From: Gilvibacter sp.
Lineage (GTDB): Bacteria; Bacteroidota; Bacteroidia; Flavobacteriales; Flavobacteriaceae
DNA: 64,000 bases
Assembly (NCBI RefSeq): GCF_965601605.1
Contig: NZ_CBFCWJ010000040.1
Coordinates: 2,737 to 66,736, forward strand
Direction of reading: 5' to 3'
This document shows, piece after piece, positions 61,287 to 64,000 of this stretch. The number at the start of each line of letters is the position of its first letter. Position 1 is the first letter of the stretch. Both the position numbers and the translations under genes were made by a program. The notes beneath the pieces were generated by a model. That model ran no database searches. It had not been told where the DNA came from and saw only the letters and a list, made by a program, of their open reading frames with translations.

Positions 61287-61357
61287 TAAATATCTGGTCT
61301 TGTTAGTGCATTTCACACTTAAGTAGACCCAACTGTTGTTTTTTGCTGATGAAGTGT
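61287..61357 (-). promoter_or_regulatory. Weaker LytTR-type promoter before the TPR-like gene
   Basis: ACACTTCAT-N12-ACAGTTGGG-N33-GATATTTA (degenerate -7). Confidence 0.45.
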
Positions 61358-61366
61358 AGTTCTGTC

Positions 61367-63535
61367 TTAGAGGTTGTCCAATTGGTTGTCTGTTCCGTCA
61401 TCGGAGATGGTCCAAAAGAAGCCGACAAAGAAGAACTGATCTGCTGCCGGACGCAGGGCTCGGCGATCAAATTGACCGTTTGCATTGGGCGTGTTGGCGT
61501 ACTGATACCCGTTCACATTTTTAAAGCCCAGCATATTGTTTACCGAGAAGTACAAGATCTTTTGTTGGTCAATGAGATAAGCCCAATTAAAACTCAGACT
61601 GTGAAAGTCCTTGGTCTTTTCTTGTAAAAATCCAGGCCTGTTCAGATCCGTATAAGTTCTTCCACTACTGTATTGATAGCTCCAACCCAACTGACTCTTT
61701 AGCTTATCTACCCAAAGTTTGGTCACCACAGAGAGGTTATGTGTATTGGCAAAATTAGGTGTGGCTGCTGTTGGAAAGTTTTGATACTGTCGCTCGGTAT
61801 CCAAATAGGAATAACTCACCCAATAGTCCAGATTCTTAATGGACGTATTATCCCTCCAAAAAAGATCAAAGCCTTGCGCGTAGCCGTCTCCAGCGTTTCC
61901 AAATTGACTTTCAAAACCGGCCATTTCCGTGTCAAAAGTGACCAGATCATTATAGTCTTTGCGGTACAGCTCTGCTCTGAAGATCTTTCCTTCATGGCTG
62001 AACTGATAGTTTAAGATATAGTGTTGTGTCATCTGCGGATCCAATCCTGGGGAAAACTTTAAAAAGTCATTCCCAACCTGCTGATAAAAGTTTCCGTAAG
62101 CCAAAGACAGTTGACTGTGTTTCCCTGTTTTATAGGCTGATGAAACTCGCGGTGCAATACTAAAACGGTCATTGGCTTGGGTGTACTCCCCACGCAGTCC
62201 GACCTTTACAGCAAACTTTTTGGAGAAAATGATATCGCTCTCCGCAAAGGCTGCACTGATGTTATTATTGAAGCCGTAATCCACATTAAAGTCTGGATTG
62301 TTGAAATTCTCATCAAAATCGGTCCAAAACTGTTCGGCTCCAAAAGCCAACTTAAACCTACTGTTGAATCGCTTTCTCACCTTTGCTTTTGCGTGAACGG
62401 AATATTCCGTGTTGTCTATATTGTTGTCAATGATGGTCACATCGGTATTGGCAACGGTAAAACTTCCGCCCAGATCCAACTTCCAACCGTTGTCAAAGCG
62501 TTTGTAATAAGAGCTGTTGGTGTACCAGTTTCTGTTCTTTAAACGAAAGAACAAGCCTTCCTCAAGGTTAATATCCTCCTGAGTCAAGCTAAAGTTTGAA
62601 CTGTCAAAAGCCGTGTAGACCTTTAAGAGTCCGTCTCCTATCTTGTGACGATATACCGCCTCCCCTGCAAAGGTTTCAAAAGGCTCATCCCAATCATTTC
62701 GATCTGGATAAACCACTAAATAAGGTGCTAGATTGATGTAAGAAGCATTAAAACTCACCGAACTCTTATCCCAAAGTTTGGTGTGTCCCAAAGAACCTCC
62801 CACGGTCATAATGGCTATGTCTGTTTTATTCTGGACAGGCTCATCAATGGTATTGAGCAAAAGCACTGAAGACAAGCCCTGCCCGAATTCCGCAGAATAT
62901 CCGCCGGTAGAAAAAGTGATCCCATCAAAGAGAAATGGCGAATAGCGTCCGCGAGTTGGAATGTTATTGGTTGTAGGCGTGTAGGGCGTAAAAACACGGA
63001 TCCCATCTATAAAGATTTGTGTTTCTCCAGCATCACCACCACGAACAAAAAGACGGCCGTCTTCAGAAACCGTGGTGGTTCCTGGTAAAGTTTGCAGCGC
63101 TCCGACAAAATCACCCAAGGCGCTTGCTGTGGTAACCACGTCCAAAGGTTTTAAAACGGAGACCTTGCTATTGTCTCCGGCTTCAAAGGTTCCCGCAGAC
63201 AGCACCACAGTTTCCAATGCATTAAGGTCTTCTCGTAGTTTAAGTGTAAGACCATTCATTGCCGTGATCTCTGCAGCATATTCCAAGGTTTCAAAACCAA
63301 TGTACGAGATCGAAAGTGTTTGTACTCCTGTTTCTTCGGATTCAAAACTGAAGCTTCCATCGGCGGCAGTGGATGCCCCGTCATAGGTTCCTACTAAAAA
63401 GACATTGGCTCCCTCTACCGGGTTTCCGCTAGGATCAGTAACTGAACCGTTTACTGTAGTTTGCCCAAAAGCCTGGATTAAAAACCCTAAACAGGAGATT
63501 AAAAATAAGACGAGTGATTTGGTGAATTTTCGCAT
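61367..63535 (-). CDS. TonB-dependent receptor with N-terminal carboxypeptidase-regulatory-like domain
   Basis: Plug LQTLPGT...GRLFVRGG...FSTGGYSAEFGQGLSSV; C-terminal FFFVGFFWTIS. Confidence 0.92.
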   Translation of the reverse strand: MRKFTKSLVLFLISCLGFLIQAFGQTTVNGSVTDPSGNPVEGANVFLVGTYDGASTAADGSFSFESEETGVQTLSISYIGFETLEYAAEITAMNGLTLKLREDLNALETVVLSAGTFEAGDNSKVSVLKPLDVVTTASALGDFVGALQTLPGTTTVSEDGRLFVRGGDAGETQIFIDGIRVFTPYTPTTNNIPTRGRYSPFLFDGITFSTGGYSAEFGQGLSSVLLLNTIDEPVQNKTDIAIMTVGGSLGHTKLWDKSSVSFNASYINLAPYLVVYPDRNDWDEPFETFAGEAVYRHKIGDGLLKVYTAFDSSNFSLTQEDINLEEGLFFRLKNRNWYTNSSYYKRFDNGWKLDLGGSFTVANTDVTIIDNNIDNTEYSVHAKAKVRKRFNSRFKLAFGAEQFWTDFDENFNNPDFNVDYGFNNNISAAFAESDIIFSKKFAVKVGLRGEYTQANDRFSIAPRVSSAYKTGKHSQLSLAYGNFYQQVGNDFLKFSPGLDPQMTQHYILNYQFSHEGKIFRAELYRKDYNDLVTFDTEMAGFESQFGNAGDGYAQGFDLFWRDNTSIKNLDYWVSYSYLDTERQYQNFPTAATPNFANTHNLSVVTKLWVDKLKSQLGWSYQYSSGRTYTDLNRPGFLQEKTKDFHSLSFNWAYLIDQQKILYFSVNNMLGFKNVNGYQYANTPNANGQFDRRALRPAADQFFFVGFFWTISDDGTDNQLDNL

Positions 63536-63567
63536 GAGCGCTGATTTTCATTTTTTGATTGATGGTT

Positions 63568-63638
63568 CAAAGATGCAGCTGCGAAATCAGTCCGACTAAA
63601 AAATCCGACTGAACTGTAAAAAAGGAAGGCTCAACTGA
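63568..63638 (-). promoter_or_regulatory. LytTR-type promoter of the TonB-receptor operon
   Basis: TCAGTTGAG-N12-ACAGTTCAG-N33-CATCTTTG; both boxes fit the AgrA-type consensus. Confidence 0.7.
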
Positions 63639-63677
63639 AAAAGTGGTATCTTTAAGGGTAACCAATTTGAAAAAGAA

Positions 63678-64000
63678 ATGCGAAAAATTACACTATTATT
63701 GACCATTTGCTTTGCCTTGTTTCAGGCCAAAGCACAAGACACCTTTTCTATTGTAGCCGTTGACCCAGCCACTGGTGAAGTAGGCGCGGCTGGCGCATCC
63801 TGCGTAGATGGCGTTGGAGACCTTGGAGGACTCATTGACATTATCAGCGCCATTATTCCGGGCCGTGGAGGAATCAACTCTCAGGCTTATGTTTGTATCC
63901 CGAATGCCAACTTAGCCAACGGGATCGAGCAAATGGAAGCTGGGGCTTCTCCAGCAGAGATCATCTCATGGCTCTTTGCCAATGACAGTTTCCCTTGTGG
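63678..64000 (+). CDS. DUF1028-family (Ntn-hydrolase-like) secreted protein, runs off the window
   Basis: Absent from the ORF track. ATG 63678 gives MRKITLLLTICFALFQAKAQDTFSIVAVDPATGEVGAAGASC...GRGGINSQA, open to the window end. Confidence 0.8.
   Translation, partial: MRKITLLLTICFALFQAKAQDTFSIVAVDPATGEVGAAGASCVDGVGDLGGLIDIISAIIPGRGGINSQAYVCIPNANLANGIEQMEAGASPAEIISWLFANDSFPC

Noticed and set aside
1-64000. CRISPR arrays, IS elements, prophage, defence islands, tRNA or rRNA
   Set aside because: I saw no regularly spaced repeats, transposase or integrase motifs, phage genes or structural RNA signatures while reading the window.

Overview
Core-genome window from a Bacteroidetes genome, most likely a marine Flavobacteriaceae member (type IX secretion C-terminal domains, TAnnTTTG-type -7 promoters, no Shine-Dalgarno motifs). 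It holds about 46 CDS. These cover housekeeping and metabolism (GlmU-family, rpmE2, phosphosugar mutase, purL, RsmB-type methyltransferase, a MarR-headed beta-oxidation operon), an ECF sigma/anti-sigma/Spy-like trio, many secreted peptidases and hydrolases, a MoxR-like/vWA pair, and two LytS/LytTR two-component loci each tied to a TonB-dependent receptor. I saw no rRNA, tRNA, CRISPR array, IS element or prophage. The most interesting signals are non-coding. (1) Two tandem candidate small RNAs of about 90 nt at 10410-10750 (- strand) share one architecture: promoter, hairpin exposing an AGCCCCAA motif, terminator, plus a shared 15-bp upstream box. (2) Five promoters have paired LytTR-type boxes exactly 33 nt from the -7 element. 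They show a 20-bp period at one locus (inside a 65-bp palindrome) and a 21-bp period at the 2TM-protein locus. (3) An ECF promoter is duplicated before the sigma and anti-sigma genes. The MsbA-like gene carries 8 clustered +1 homopolymer insertions that look like sequencing error. All calls were made by eye, with no database searches run.
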